From Chlamydiales bacterium (GTDB lineage: Bacteria; Chlamydiota; Chlamydiia; Chlamydiales; JACKPQ01), in NCBI GenBank assembly GCA_024233435.1, contig JACKPQ010000002.1:320286-384285 (forward strand): a stretch of DNA of 64,000 bases, in the 5' to 3' direction. Positions 40,178 through 49,805 of the stretch are shown piece by piece; the first letter of the stretch is position 1, and every line of letters begins with the position of its first letter. The position numbers and the translations under genes were made by a program. The notes below the pieces were generated by a model. That model was not told the origin of the DNA. It ran no database searches and saw only the letters and a program-made list of their open reading frames with translations.

Positions 40178-41227
40178 TTATTTTTTGGGAGCAAGCATAT
40201 CGTGGGAGTTGATCTTTAATATGAGTAACGCGTTACCAACAGGGCTTGGTCGATTTTTATGCGTGCTGGGAATGTTTTGGACTTGGTTGTCATAGAAGAT
40301 CGTCGATGAGCCTCCACCATCTAGATTGAGGGCATCTATACATCCTAAATCATTCATAAAAGAAGAGAGCTCTTTTAGTGTCATTCCAATGCTTTTTTCA
40401 CTATGGCCGTCAACAACAACAAACACAAGCTCGCCATTTGAGCGAATTCCAACAGCGCTTCTCGAGAAGCGGTGAGTGGAGAAGTTGTCTAGGATTTGCT
40501 CAGGGCCATAGTCATCAATGACTTTGCCTTGATGAATAAGAACTGGTGTTCCGCCTAAAATATTTTCATAGTCCAGCCACGTTTTGCCTAGCAGGGGCTG
40601 AATATCAATCCGAATATCAACGTGATCCCCTATATTTAATGATAGGGTTTGTGCATCGGGTCCTACAGAAAGAATGTACCCATTTTCAGGGATGGTGGCA
40701 TTGCCTGTTCGCATGATTGCAGTCACGTTGTGATCAGTATTCAATGTGTACTCCCACCCCCCAGCATCTGTTAAAGTATGTTGGTGAAAAGGTCTGCTGT
40801 ATAACACGATATCTTTTTGCTTTCTTGGGCAGTTTAACCCAGTAATTTGCACATTGTTAATGGTTACTGTTGACTTGACGCGCTCAATAACGGGAGAGCT
40901 GTTAGCATTCCAAGCAATGACGCCTCTATTTTTTACTGACGTTGCAAATAAAATATTTTGAATTTTCAACAGGCCAGCGGCTCCACCAAGGTAGGGATCT
41001 CCTAGAAAGAATCCTCCATTGATGGCTGCAAATCCACTATATCGATGCGCAATTGAAGGGACCGACTCCAATCCTAGGCCACTATCTTGAGCTAATCCAA
41101 TTTTCATCTTGTAGAGGTTTGGATCAATTGTCAAAATATAGGCGATATTCGGCCCTTCAAGTTCCCGTATTTCAAAATTGCCAAAGAGAAAGCAGGGGAG
41201 GAAAATCCAATGTATTAAGTGCTTCAT
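40178..41227 (-). CDS. Phosphodiester glycosidase family protein (NAGPA/DUF2233-like), secreted
   Basis: 349 aa with a signal peptide and the motifs INGGFF, RSAVGI and the characteristic ALNLDGGGSST. Confidence 0.75.
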   Translation of the reverse strand: MKHLIHWIFLPCFLFGNFEIRELEGPNIAYILTIDPNLYKMKIGLAQDSGLGLESVPSIAHRYSGFAAINGGFFLGDPYLGGAAGLLKIQNILFATSVKNRGVIAWNANSSPVIERVKSTVTINNVQITGLNCPRKQKDIVLYSRPFHQHTLTDAGGWEYTLNTDHNVTAIMRTGNATIPENGYILSVGPDAQTLSLNIGDHVDIRIDIQPLLGKTWLDYENILGGTPVLIHQGKVIDDYGPEQILDNFSTHRFSRSAVGIRSNGELVFVVVDGHSEKSIGMTLKELSSFMNDLGCIDALNLDGGGSSTIFYDNQVQNIPSTHKNRPSPVGNALLILKINSHDMLAPKK

Positions 41228-41973
41228 AGCTCAGCAAAGGGGCTTGCAGATTGCATAAATCCGGTTCCTTTTTTCCGTTTTTTCAGCTCTGTGCGAATAG
41301 AAAAAATGAGGTCCTGATCAAAGTTTTGGTGTTGAGCCCACTGCAGATATTGGAGTGGGATTTCGCGAAAAGGGCGCCCTTTATGTTTGCCAAGTGGCAT
41401 CTTAGGAAGGGAGATGGGCGATTTTAAGCGCTCAAGGATCTGCTCTGTGGTTTTGAATTTGGAGCTGAGATAGCGGAAGACTTGGACGTTGACGATAACG
41501 TCTCCCATGGCACGATGTGCACCTTCGGCAATAATATTAAAGTGCTTGCGCAGAGCTTCAAGGGAATTTGTGGGGCTTTCCCCGTAAAGGCGGGCAAGAC
41601 GAAGTGTGTCTAGCACTGGGAGAGTATGCAAATGGTGGGGAATATTATGGCGCTCTGCGCTGTTTGCAAGCAATTCAATATCGAAACCAACACTATGCCC
41701 AACGATGGGTCCTTGCCCAATAAAGGTGAGGATTTCAGGTAGGACTTGCTCGATTTTTGGAGCGTTGGCCACCATATCATCGCTAATGTGATGGATGTCT
41801 TGTGACTCGCGAGGAATTGTACATTCAGGATTGATGAGAGTCTCATAAGAGGCCTGCTCGCCATCGAAAGTAAAACGAACGGCTGCAACTTCGACAATGC
41901 GATCTTTTTTTGGATCGAGGCCTGTAGCTTCGCAGTCTATGCAGACAAACGATTGTTTACTTAATAAGGTCAT
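41224..41973 (-). CDS. DnaQ-family 3'-5' exonuclease with C-terminal DUF3820-like tail
   Basis: 249 aa with Exo I (CIDCEATGL), Exo II (VGHSVGFDIELL) and Exo III (HRAMGD), plus a C-terminal MPLGKHKGRPFREIPLQYLQWA. Confidence 0.8.
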   Translation of the reverse strand: MTLLSKQSFVCIDCEATGLDPKKDRIVEVAAVRFTFDGEQASYETLINPECTIPRESQDIHHISDDMVANAPKIEQVLPEILTFIGQGPIVGHSVGFDIELLANSAERHNIPHHLHTLPVLDTLRLARLYGESPTNSLEALRKHFNIIAEGAHRAMGDVIVNVQVFRYLSSKFKTTEQILERLKSPISLPKMPLGKHKGRPFREIPLQYLQWAQHQNFDQDLIFSIRTELKKRKKGTGFMQSASPFAEL

Positions 41974-42613
41974 TGAGTTTTGTCATCAAGGCGGTGCGCG
42001 CCCTGCCATTTTTTATTGAGTATGTGACAAACGGTAACACATCATCGCCACAAATTTCAGCAATTGCCTCGCAATTTTTTTTCTGCTGCTCGTTTTTTTC
42101 TTTTTGGTTTAGTTTATCGCTTTTTGTAAAAACAATCAGCATAGGTTTTTTAAAGTGGTGAGCCCACTCAATGAATTGCAGGTCATCAGAGTTTGGTAAT
42201 CGATTGAGATCAAGGAGGACTAGAAGTAGCTTAAGTTGGCTGCGTTTTTCTAGGTAATCGTCAATGGCTGCAGACCATTTGGCGATCGTGGTGCGCGCAA
42301 CTTTTGCATAGCCATATCCGGGCAAATCGACAAGCATGAGGGAGTCATCTACTGTGAAGAAGTTTAGAAGTTGAGTTTTACCTGGAGTATTCGAGACTTT
42401 AGCAAGCTTCGAATGATTAAGCAGATGATTGATTAACGATGATTTGCCAACATTTGATCTGCCAATGAGAGCGATTTCGGGTAGCATCGATGGAGGAAAT
42501 CCTTCTATATCGGCTGCTGATTTTACGAATGAGGCTTTAGAAAAAGACAGGTGTTTCATACTCGATGCTCCTTTCATTTTCCGAGACAATGGAAATGTGG
42601 ATGCGCTGGGCAT
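41957..42613 (-). CDS. engB: Ribosome biogenesis GTPase EngB/YsxC
   Basis: It has G1 (GRSNVGKSSLIN), G3 (DLPGYG) and G4 (TKSDK). The true start is probably an internal Met (42577 or 42559). Confidence 0.88.
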   Translation of the reverse strand: MPSASTFPLSRKMKGASSMKHLSFSKASFVKSAADIEGFPPSMLPEIALIGRSNVGKSSLINHLLNHSKLAKVSNTPGKTQLLNFFTVDDSLMLVDLPGYGYAKVARTTIAKWSAAIDDYLEKRSQLKLLLVLLDLNRLPNSDDLQFIEWAHHFKKPMLIVFTKSDKLNQKEKNEQQKKNCEAIAEICGDDVLPFVTYSIKNGRARTALMTKLNDLIK

Positions 42614-42950
42614 GGCTAGGAATCATAGGTTCAATTCTCTCAGACCATTCAATGAGGCAAATCGAGTCGGGGGCAAAGTACTCTTCAAATCCTAGTGCGT
42701 GAAACTGTTTAGCGTTTTGTAAACGGTAAAGATCAAAATGGTGGATGTGTCCGTAACTGTTTACATAATTGAATGTAGGGCTGGTGATTTGATCGATGGG
42801 TGTTGCTGTGAGTGCATGAATCATAGTTTTGATCATGGTTGTTTTGCCTGCGCCCAAGGGACCAAAAAAGCATACAATACTACCACTCTTAAGAGTGGGC
42901 GCTAAGTCCTTTGCAAATGCGAGCGTCTCGTTTAAGCTTCTTCTAACCAA
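42537..42950 (-). CDS. tsaE: tRNA t6A biosynthesis ATPase TsaE (YjeE)
   Basis: 137 aa with a P-loop FFGPLGAGKTT and SPTFN...HFDLYR motifs. Confidence 0.88.
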   Translation of the reverse strand: MVRRSLNETLAFAKDLAPTLKSGSIVCFFGPLGAGKTTMIKTMIHALTATPIDQITSPTFNYVNSYGHIHHFDLYRLQNAKQFHALGFEEYFAPDSICLIEWSERIEPMIPSHAQRIHISIVSENERSIEYETPVFF

Positions 42951-43654
42951 AGCTCAACATGCTCTTTAAATTCCTTGTGTTCGCTAAGCGCTTCCACAAA
43001 GGCGTTAATCTTGTCTTCTGCAAGATGCTCTTGAATGAAGCCAAGCAGTTTTGCATCCATCGTAAAACGGTTCTGGCTTGGAACTTCAAAGAGAGGAATG
43101 GGCTTGAGTTGACTTGCTTTAAAGTCTTCTATCACGGCTTGTTTAGAATTAAAAAGTTTACCGCTAGCTGCAGAAGAGTAAACAGTTTTTTTAATGGGCT
43201 CGCGTCCCTTTTCAATATAATTCTTGATAACCTCAGGGTCTTCTGAAATGAAAAAGCGTTTAACGCGCATTCCATCTAGGCGCTCAGTATTTTCAGGGCA
43301 TGTGGATACCCAGTCATAGATCGCATCTTGTGGATTAGGGCATGTGTTATTTCCGAATACCTTGCCTGTAAAAGGGCAGATATAAACGCGCTTGGTTTCT
43401 TCATTAACACTCGGCTGGCCAAATTGAATTTTGATTTCAGTCTCGCGCCAGAGCTTACCTTCTGCTTCTAAGCGAGCTAAGATCTCTTTGGGCGTGCTGT
43501 AAATTGTTTTTTCACGAATGTAAATAGTGGGACTTAAACGATGCGCATTCTCTAGGTAAAAGAGGTATGTGCTGACCAAATCCGCTTCGTCGTGGTCTTT
43601 TAAAAAAGTTTTTAACTGTTCTTTGAGCGTTTGTGTGATTTGAAAGTTTGCCAT
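42932..43654 (-). CDS. Conserved hypothetical protein (Cys-containing motif CPFTGK...NNTCPNP...STCPEN)
   Basis: A 240-aa ORF with good coding character. Function unknown to me. Confidence 0.55.
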   Translation of the reverse strand: MANFQITQTLKEQLKTFLKDHDEADLVSTYLFYLENAHRLSPTIYIREKTIYSTPKEILARLEAEGKLWRETEIKIQFGQPSVNEETKRVYICPFTGKVFGNNTCPNPQDAIYDWVSTCPENTERLDGMRVKRFFISEDPEVIKNYIEKGREPIKKTVYSSAASGKLFNSKQAVIEDFKASQLKPIPLFEVPSQNRFTMDAKLLGFIQEHLAEDKINAFVEALSEHKEFKEHVELWLEEA

Positions 43655-43761
43655 CAGTTATCCTACACCTTAAATAATACTAATAGGCTCCATCTTACCG
43701 CACGCTAGGCCTTTAGATCAAGCGAATAATATTACCTTGAAAAAGAGGGCTTTGATATGGT

Positions 43762-44883
43762 ATGCTTCTTGAAACACTTGGTGAGGTAATGATGGAAACA
43801 AAAACAAGCGTTCAATTGGAAAATTTAGAGATCCCAGGCTTCCATAAGGTTGTCAAAGTCACTGACCCTGTATCTGGTCTAAAAGCCATCATTGCAATCC
43901 ACGATTTAACACTTGGGCCTGCGCTTGGTGGCACGCGCATTATGCCTTATGCGAGTTGGGATGAGGCGTTATTTGACGTATTGCGACTTGCCAAAGGAAT
44001 GACCTATAAATCTGCTGTTTCCAATGCCGGGACTGGTGGAAGTAAAAGTGTTATCATTGCAGACCCCAAGACAATTACAGATGAGCAGCTGCAGGCATTT
44101 GGTGAAGCTGTAAACCAACTTCAGGGAGAGCACATCTGCGCAGCAGATATGGGATGCACTCCTGCTTATTTGGCTCATGTTCGCAAGTCAACGCAGTATG
44201 TTGTAGGACTTGCTCATAAAAACAGTAGCGGTAATCCAGGGCCTTTCACAGCTTACGGAGTCTATCGTGGAATTCAAGCAGGTTTAAAGCAAGCATTTGG
44301 ATCAGAGTCTGTTCAAGGCAGAACAGTTGCTATTCAAGGGTTGGGATCCGTTGGATCCGAGCTTGCAAGGTACTTATTCTGGGGTGGTGCTCGTTTAATT
44401 TTAAACGACTTTGATGAAGAGAAAGCGAGAGAGTTAGCGCACCAGTTTGGAGGCACTGTTTGCCCTTCAGACGAAATCATGAGTGTCAAATGCGATGTGT
44501 TTGCACCATGCGCGATGGGAGGTATCATTAACTCTCAGACCGTAAAAGAGCTTAACTGCCGTATTGTGGCCGGTGGTGCCAACAACCAGTTGCAAAATGA
44601 CAATCATGCCATTGAATTGATGCAAAAAGGGATTGTTTATGCTCCTGATTTTTTGATCAACTCAGGTGGGCTTATCAACGTAGCTTGCGAGATTGAACCT
44701 GAAGGGTACGATCCAGTGCTTTCGCGTGATAAGACTGATTCCATCTATGAGCAATTGCTCACAACGTTTCAAATATCGCAAGAAAACCGCTGCTCAACAC
44801 ACCAAGCAGCCGTTGAACTTGCTAGTTATCGCCTGCGCTACGGCATTGGTAAGCGCACAACGCCGCCTGTATTTCACCATTAA
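43762..44883 (+). CDS. Leucine (Glu/Leu/Phe/Val family) dehydrogenase
   Basis: It has GPALGGTR, a catalytic-Lys region GTGGSKSVI, and a Rossmann QGLGSVG. The start is perhaps at 43789 (MMETK). Confidence 0.85.
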   Translation: MLLETLGEVMMETKTSVQLENLEIPGFHKVVKVTDPVSGLKAIIAIHDLTLGPALGGTRIMPYASWDEALFDVLRLAKGMTYKSAVSNAGTGGSKSVIIADPKTITDEQLQAFGEAVNQLQGEHICAADMGCTPAYLAHVRKSTQYVVGLAHKNSSGNPGPFTAYGVYRGIQAGLKQAFGSESVQGRTVAIQGLGSVGSELARYLFWGGARLILNDFDEEKARELAHQFGGTVCPSDEIMSVKCDVFAPCAMGGIINSQTVKELNCRIVAGGANNQLQNDNHAIELMQKGIVYAPDFLINSGGLINVACEIEPEGYDPVLSRDKTDSIYEQLLTTFQISQENRCSTHQAAVELASYRLRYGIGKRTTPPVFHH

Positions 44884-46598
44884 TGCAAACGCTGCAAGCT
44901 TATCTAGCACATAAGGCCAACCAGGCAATTTCAGCTGCAATCGCAAGTGATTATCAACTTGCGGAGATCACTCAAAGCACGCAGGAAAAGTTTGGCCATT
45001 ATCAATGCAACTCAGCATTAAAACTTGCAAAAGAGCTCAAAGTCAATCCACGTGAATTGGCACAAAAAATTGCAAGCGGCATGGAATGTGAGCAAATTGA
45101 AAAGCTAGAAATTGCAGGGCCAGGATTTATCAACATTACACTTTCAGCCACCTTTTTATCTGAACAACTCAACGCGCAAAAGCAAGATGCAAAACTTGGC
45201 GCCCCAACGCCGCAAAAACCGCAGCGAATCATTGTTGAGTTTTCCTCACCAAATATTGCAAAAGAGTTGCACGTTGGGCATTTGCGCTCTACCATTATCG
45301 GCGATGCCATCGCGCGCCTTTTTGAGTTTTTAGGTCACGACGTCTTGCGCTTGAATCACGTGGGCGATTGGGGCACGCAGTTTGGAATGCTAATCACTTA
45401 TATGCGCGAGGAAGCGCCCGATGTGCTCTCTGGAGATAAGCAAACCGATTTAGTTACTCTCATGCAGTGGTATAAAGCGGCAAAGCAGCGCTTTGATGCA
45501 GATGTAGAATTTAAAAAACGCTCACAGTTAGCTGTTGTCGAGCTGCAAAGTGGTGATCCCAGCGCACACCAAGCCTGGGAAGCAATTTGCACCATTTCAC
45601 GCATGGCCTTTAATGAGATCTACTCATTGCTAGATGTTAAATTGCAAGAGCGCGGCGAATCATTTTATAATCCCATGCTCTCACAAATAGTGAACGACCT
45701 CGCATCCAAAGGACTTGTTGAAAAATCAGAAGGTGCCTCTTGCCTCTTTCTGGAAGGTTTCAAAGGGCAAGATGGAAAACCTTTCCCAATGATTATCCAG
45801 AAAAGCGATGGCGGTTACAATTACTCGACAACCGATATGGCTGCAATGCATCAACGTATTTTTGATGAAAAGGCCGAGCGCATCATCATTGTCACAGACA
45901 ATGGGCAAAAGCTTCACTTTGAAATGATTCGTGCTGCTTGCGAAAAAGCAGGTTATCTATCTCCATCAATAGAATTCAATCACGTAACATTTGGTGTAGT
46001 TCTCAATAGTGATGGAAAAAAATTTAAGTCGCGCGAAGGCGAGACAGAAAAGCTCATAGACCTGCTCACCGAAGCCATTCACCGTGCTGAGGCGATTTTC
46101 AAAGAGCGAAATCCCGATCTTTCCGATGACGAGCGTAAGAAAATGGCAACCATTTTGGGAGTCGATGCCATAAAATATGCAGACTTATCAGGTCTGCGCA
46201 CGAAAGACTACACCTTTAGCTACGAGCGCATGCTCCGATTTGAGGGTAATACAGCAGCATTTTTACTCTATGCCTACGTGCGCACAACAAGCATCTTAAA
46301 ACGCGTGGGTAAACCCTCTAACAGCGCAATCAAATTGCAGCACCCTTCAGAGATTGCCTTAGGGCTGCATCTACGCCAATTTGGTGAGGTGTTAACAGTG
46401 ATGACGCGCGATCTTTGCCCCAATCGCTTAGCAGATTATCTTTATGAGCTAGCAGAAAAATTCAATGCTTTTTTCCGCGACTGTCATGTCGAAAACACTC
46501 CAGAAGAGGCCGAGCGCCTTGCTCTTTGTGAATTGAGCTCAAAAGTTCTTGCTCAAGGACTCTCTCTTCTTGGGCTCAAAACCCTTGAGCGGATGTAA
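44883..46598 (+). CDS. argS: Arginine--tRNA ligase
   Basis: 571 aa with a class I HIGH-like SSPNIAKELHVGHLRS motif and a C-terminal DALR anticodon-binding region. Its start overlaps the upstream stop (TAATG). Confidence 0.95.
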   Translation: MQTLQAYLAHKANQAISAAIASDYQLAEITQSTQEKFGHYQCNSALKLAKELKVNPRELAQKIASGMECEQIEKLEIAGPGFINITLSATFLSEQLNAQKQDAKLGAPTPQKPQRIIVEFSSPNIAKELHVGHLRSTIIGDAIARLFEFLGHDVLRLNHVGDWGTQFGMLITYMREEAPDVLSGDKQTDLVTLMQWYKAAKQRFDADVEFKKRSQLAVVELQSGDPSAHQAWEAICTISRMAFNEIYSLLDVKLQERGESFYNPMLSQIVNDLASKGLVEKSEGASCLFLEGFKGQDGKPFPMIIQKSDGGYNYSTTDMAAMHQRIFDEKAERIIIVTDNGQKLHFEMIRAACEKAGYLSPSIEFNHVTFGVVLNSDGKKFKSREGETEKLIDLLTEAIHRAEAIFKERNPDLSDDERKKMATILGVDAIKYADLSGLRTKDYTFSYERMLRFEGNTAAFLLYAYVRTTSILKRVGKPSNSAIKLQHPSEIALGLHLRQFGEVLTVMTRDLCPNRLADYLYELAEKFNAFFRDCHVENTPEEAERLALCELSSKVLAQGLSLLGLKTLERM

Positions 46599-47230
46599 TG
46601 CGTCTTCTATATGTGGTGATTTTTGCCTTTATGGCGCTGCATGCAGACATCATTATCAAACCCACCACTGAGACCAAAACACAAATCATTTATCTTCATG
46701 GATTGATTGAAGGCGATGTTGAGCAAGCCTTAGAGCAAGAGGCTAAGACTTGGCAGCCTCTTGTTGATAAATACAACTTTGCGTTGGTGATGCCGGTTGG
46801 CACCAAAGGAGCCTTTCCTGATCAACCTGAAGCCTATGCTTGGGGCACAAGTGATATTTCACGCGTGAGGGCTCTTGCTCAGAACAGTGACTATGCTCAA
46901 TCAATTCTCTTTGGGTACTCAAATGGGGCTTTTTTAGTCGGTCAAATTTTACAACAGACTTGCGACACACCCTTTTCTGGATATTGGTTGCAAGGAGGTG
47001 GCAATGCGCAAGAGATTTTGCCGTGCGTGCCTCACAAGCCTGTCGTATTGCAGATAGGCGTCCAAGACACTCACCATTTGCAGCCAATGCAGTGGCTTAA
47101 AAGCGCACTGATCAAACATGGCTGGCAGGAAAATAAGACGTTGCTCTATCAAGAAATGCCAGGTTGCCATGCTTTCACACTTGATCATTTTGATGAAGCA
47201 TATAGATTTATTACAGGAGGTAGTCGATGA
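46598..47230 (+). CDS. Putative secreted alpha/beta hydrolase (esterase-like)
   Basis: 210 aa with a signal peptide (VVIFAFMALHA), a nucleophile-elbow-like GYSNGAF and a late His (GCHAF). Confidence 0.45.
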   Translation: MRLLYVVIFAFMALHADIIIKPTTETKTQIIYLHGLIEGDVEQALEQEAKTWQPLVDKYNFALVMPVGTKGAFPDQPEAYAWGTSDISRVRALAQNSDYAQSILFGYSNGAFLVGQILQQTCDTPFSGYWLQGGGNAQEILPCVPHKPVVLQIGVQDTHHLQPMQWLKSALIKHGWQENKTLLYQEMPGCHAFTLDHFDEAYRFITGGSR

Positions 47231-47239
47231 AAAATTCAA

Positions 47240-48535
47240 TGCTCATTTTATCATACAAGCGCCGAAAAACCCGGTCATTCATGGCCGGGATCAAAGGCGC
47301 AAAAAAATAACCTTGACTAAAGGATAAACGATTTTTTAAAATGTCGGCATGATCATTCGCAAGGCATTCAAATACAAGCTTAAGCCCAGAGCAGAGCAAA
47401 AGCAGCAATTTGCAAGCTTTGCAGGAGCCTGCCGCTACGTCTACAACCGAGGGTTGGCTCAACGAAAGCAAGCCTATCAAGAAAACAAACAAAACATAAG
47501 CTACTACGAGCAAAACAAAGAGCTCACACTACTCAAGCAACAAAAAGAGAGCACCTGGCTAAAAACCATCCACTCACAAATTCTCCAACAATCCCTCAAA
47601 GACCTAAACACCGCCTACACCCACTACTTCAAAAAAACAAACGCCCATCCCAAATTCAAAGCCAAAGGAATCCACGACTCCTTTCGCTACCCCCAAGGAG
47701 TCAAAATCCAAGATGACAAAGCCTACCTTCCCAAAATAGGGTGGGTACGTTACATCAAATCCCGAGAAATGCAAGGCACCCTCAAACAAACCACCATCAT
47801 CCGAGAAGGAGAGCATTGGTACATCAGCTTTTCCTGCGAAATAGAAGCACCCACACCAAACCCTGCTCCCCTAGATGAAAACAAAGCCATAGGCATAGAC
47901 GTAGGACTCACAAAATACGCGACCTGCGCCATAGGAAACAGCAACAAGCCCCTTACAATAGACCCACCCAAATACTACCACCGACTACTACCCAGGCTCA
48001 GAATACTCCAAAAGCGCCTCTCGAAAAAACAAAAAGGAAGCAGCAACTGGAAAAAAGCCAAAAGACAGCTTTTTAAACTCCACGCCAAAATAAAACATGC
48101 CCGAGAAAACTTTACCCATCAGCTCTCCACATGGATCGTTAAAAATCACAACATCATATGTGTAGAAACCCTAAACATAAAAGCCCTCATGCAAGACAAA
48201 AAATACAAACTAGCAAGATACATCAGCGATGCATCGTGGAGGCAATTTTTAACCTACCTCAAATACAAAGCCCAAGAACAAGGAAAACACTACATCGAAG
48301 CAGGAGCCTACAACCCCACCACCAAACAATGTTCCACCTGTGGCCACAAACAAGAGATAGAGTTAAAGCAAAGAACATACAGCTGCAAAAACTGTAGCCT
48401 CGAACTAGACAGAGACTACAACAGCAGCATAAACATCAAGGCCGCGGGAACATCGGTCTTAAAAAAGCTTGTGGAGCAGCCCGCTCGGGCAGCGTAGAAA
48501 CAAGAATTTCTCGCCTTCAGGCGAGAGAGGTTCAA
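47240..48535 (+). mobile_element. IS200/IS605-family element carrying only tnpB (IS1341-like, non-autonomous)
   Basis: The left subterminal hairpin is at 47259-47300 (inner stem 47270-47289 with a TTCA loop). The right hairpin TCTCGCC-TTCA-GGCGAGA is at 48509-48526. TTCAATG is present at both proposed borders (47235 and 48531), and the right end terminates in TCAA. No Y1 tnpA is present. The boundaries are inferred, not proven. Confidence 0.55.
47349..48497 (+). CDS. tnpB: TnpB (IS605 OrfB-type RNA-guided nuclease)
   Basis: 382 aa with the N-terminus AFKYKLKP..EQ, split RuvC residues (IGIDVGL; CVETLN; DRDYNSSINI) and a Zn finger CSTCGH...CKNCS. It appears intact. Confidence 0.9.
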   Translation: MIIRKAFKYKLKPRAEQKQQFASFAGACRYVYNRGLAQRKQAYQENKQNISYYEQNKELTLLKQQKESTWLKTIHSQILQQSLKDLNTAYTHYFKKTNAHPKFKAKGIHDSFRYPQGVKIQDDKAYLPKIGWVRYIKSREMQGTLKQTTIIREGEHWYISFSCEIEAPTPNPAPLDENKAIGIDVGLTKYATCAIGNSNKPLTIDPPKYYHRLLPRLRILQKRLSKKQKGSSNWKKAKRQLFKLHAKIKHARENFTHQLSTWIVKNHNIICVETLNIKALMQDKKYKLARYISDASWRQFLTYLKYKAQEQGKHYIEAGAYNPTTKQCSTCGHKQEIELKQRTYSCKNCSLELDRDYNSSINIKAAGTSVLKKLVEQPARAA

Positions 48536-48551
48536 TGTTGTTGGTATTTGC
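48386..48551 (+). ncRNA. Candidate TnpB omega-RNA (scaffold overlapping the tnpB 3' end to the right end, plus ~16-nt guide TGTTGTTGGTATTTGC)
   Basis: Placed by analogy with characterised TnpB loci. The terminal hairpin is at 48509-48526, followed by GAGGTTCAA, then flanking DNA. The 5' end is a guess. Confidence 0.3.
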
Positions 48552-48833
48552 CAAACATCTCCTCACTCATTATTCAGAGTGCTTCAGAAGATAAAGGTTC
48601 AGAGCACTTTGTTCCCTACGAGGCCTCCTGGGAAGATGGAACGTCAGTTATTCTGTTCTGTAATACGCTAACAGTGCAAGGCGAGCAATAGTTCAATTGT
48701 ATATCCATTATGGGTAGATGCTTGAGTCTAATTCAATAGGCTCAGCACTCTAGAAATAAATGAACACCATTGTTTTAGACGGTGATTTTTCCCTCAGTTG
48801 AGCTCTTCAAAATCCAAAGACTAGGTGATCAGT

Positions 48834-49805
48834 TTAAATAATGACAACTTTAGAAGAGGTGCCTGGCAGATCTTGGACGTACTGGGGGATGGCGTAGCCT
48901 GGAAGGCGCGTGCGTAGTTTGTTTAGCAGGTGTAGGCCCTTGGAAGTTGGGACTTCAAAGTGGGCTGTGCCCTGCACGCGGTCGAGCTGATGAAGGTAGT
49001 AGGGAAGAATAGCGTGGTCGGCAAGGGTTTCGAAGAGCTGATGGAGCGTATCGATGTCATCGTTGACGCGATGGAGTAGGACAGCTTGGTTGAGAACGGG
49101 GATGCCGATGTGTTGCAGGCGGCCAAGGGCTGCTAGGACAGTATCGTCTAGCTCGCGGGGGTGATTGATATGTGTTACAAAATAGATCTGCTTGGGCGAT
49201 TGGGTGAGAGTATGGAGAAGCTCAAGCGTGATGCGTTCAGGGATGCCAATGGGAAAGCGGCTATGAAGGCGAATACGGCGTATATGCGGGATTTGATTGA
49301 GCTGATCAATGAGATGTTGGAGTTTGTGATCGGAGAGGGAAAGGGGATCTCCACCGCTTAAAATCACCTCGGAGATCGTGTCATCGCGAGCGATGATATC
49401 AAGCTCTTGGATGTAGTCTTTGATTTGTGTTTCGTAAGGGTATTGCTGGCGGAAGCAGTAGCGGCAATGCATAGCGCAAGCAGATGTTGTGACAAGAAGG
49501 GCTCGTCCATTGTATTTATGCAAAAGTTTAGGTGTGCGTTGACAGGCGCGATCGCCGACAGGATCTGGTGTAAAGCCAGGTGTGATATGTGTTTCTTCGA
49601 TGAGAGGAATAAATTGGCGTATGAGAGGATCATCGAGCGTTCCCTTTGGCATTTTTTGAGCAAGCCTTAAGGGAATGTTTAGGGGAAATGAGGGATTAAT
49701 GAGCGCTGCGCTTTTCTCGATTTTTAGAAATTCAATGAGTTGATCATGGCGGGTGATATTGCTACGCTGTATTTGTCGCCAGCGAGGGAGTGTAATGGTT
49801 GTCAT
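48834..49805 (-). CDS. epmB: Lysine 2,3-aminomutase-like radical SAM protein (EF-P beta-lysylation, EpmB/YjeK)
   Basis: 323 aa with a radical-SAM CAMHCRYCFR motif, the KamA family layout and GGDPL. Confidence 0.85.
   Translation of the reverse strand: MTTITLPRWRQIQRSNITRHDQLIEFLKIEKSAALINPSFPLNIPLRLAQKMPKGTLDDPLIRQFIPLIEETHITPGFTPDPVGDRACQRTPKLLHKYNGRALLVTTSACAMHCRYCFRQQYPYETQIKDYIQELDIIARDDTISEVILSGGDPLSLSDHKLQHLIDQLNQIPHIRRIRLHSRFPIGIPERITLELLHTLTQSPKQIYFVTHINHPRELDDTVLAALGRLQHIGIPVLNQAVLLHRVNDDIDTLHQLFETLADHAILPYYLHQLDRVQGTAHFEVPTSKGLHLLNKLRTRLPGYAIPQYVQDLPGTSSKVVII

Noticed and set aside
47211-47214. TTAC (the classic IS608 target) 21 nt upstream of the proposed left end, considered as the true left junction. 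That would make the last codons of the hydrolase gene IS-derived.
   Set aside because: Joining 47214 to 48536 does not restore a convincing longer reading frame. The TTCAA/TTCAATG pair gives hairpin distances (19 nt and 9 nt) that fit the family better. This remains unresolved without a second copy or an empty site.
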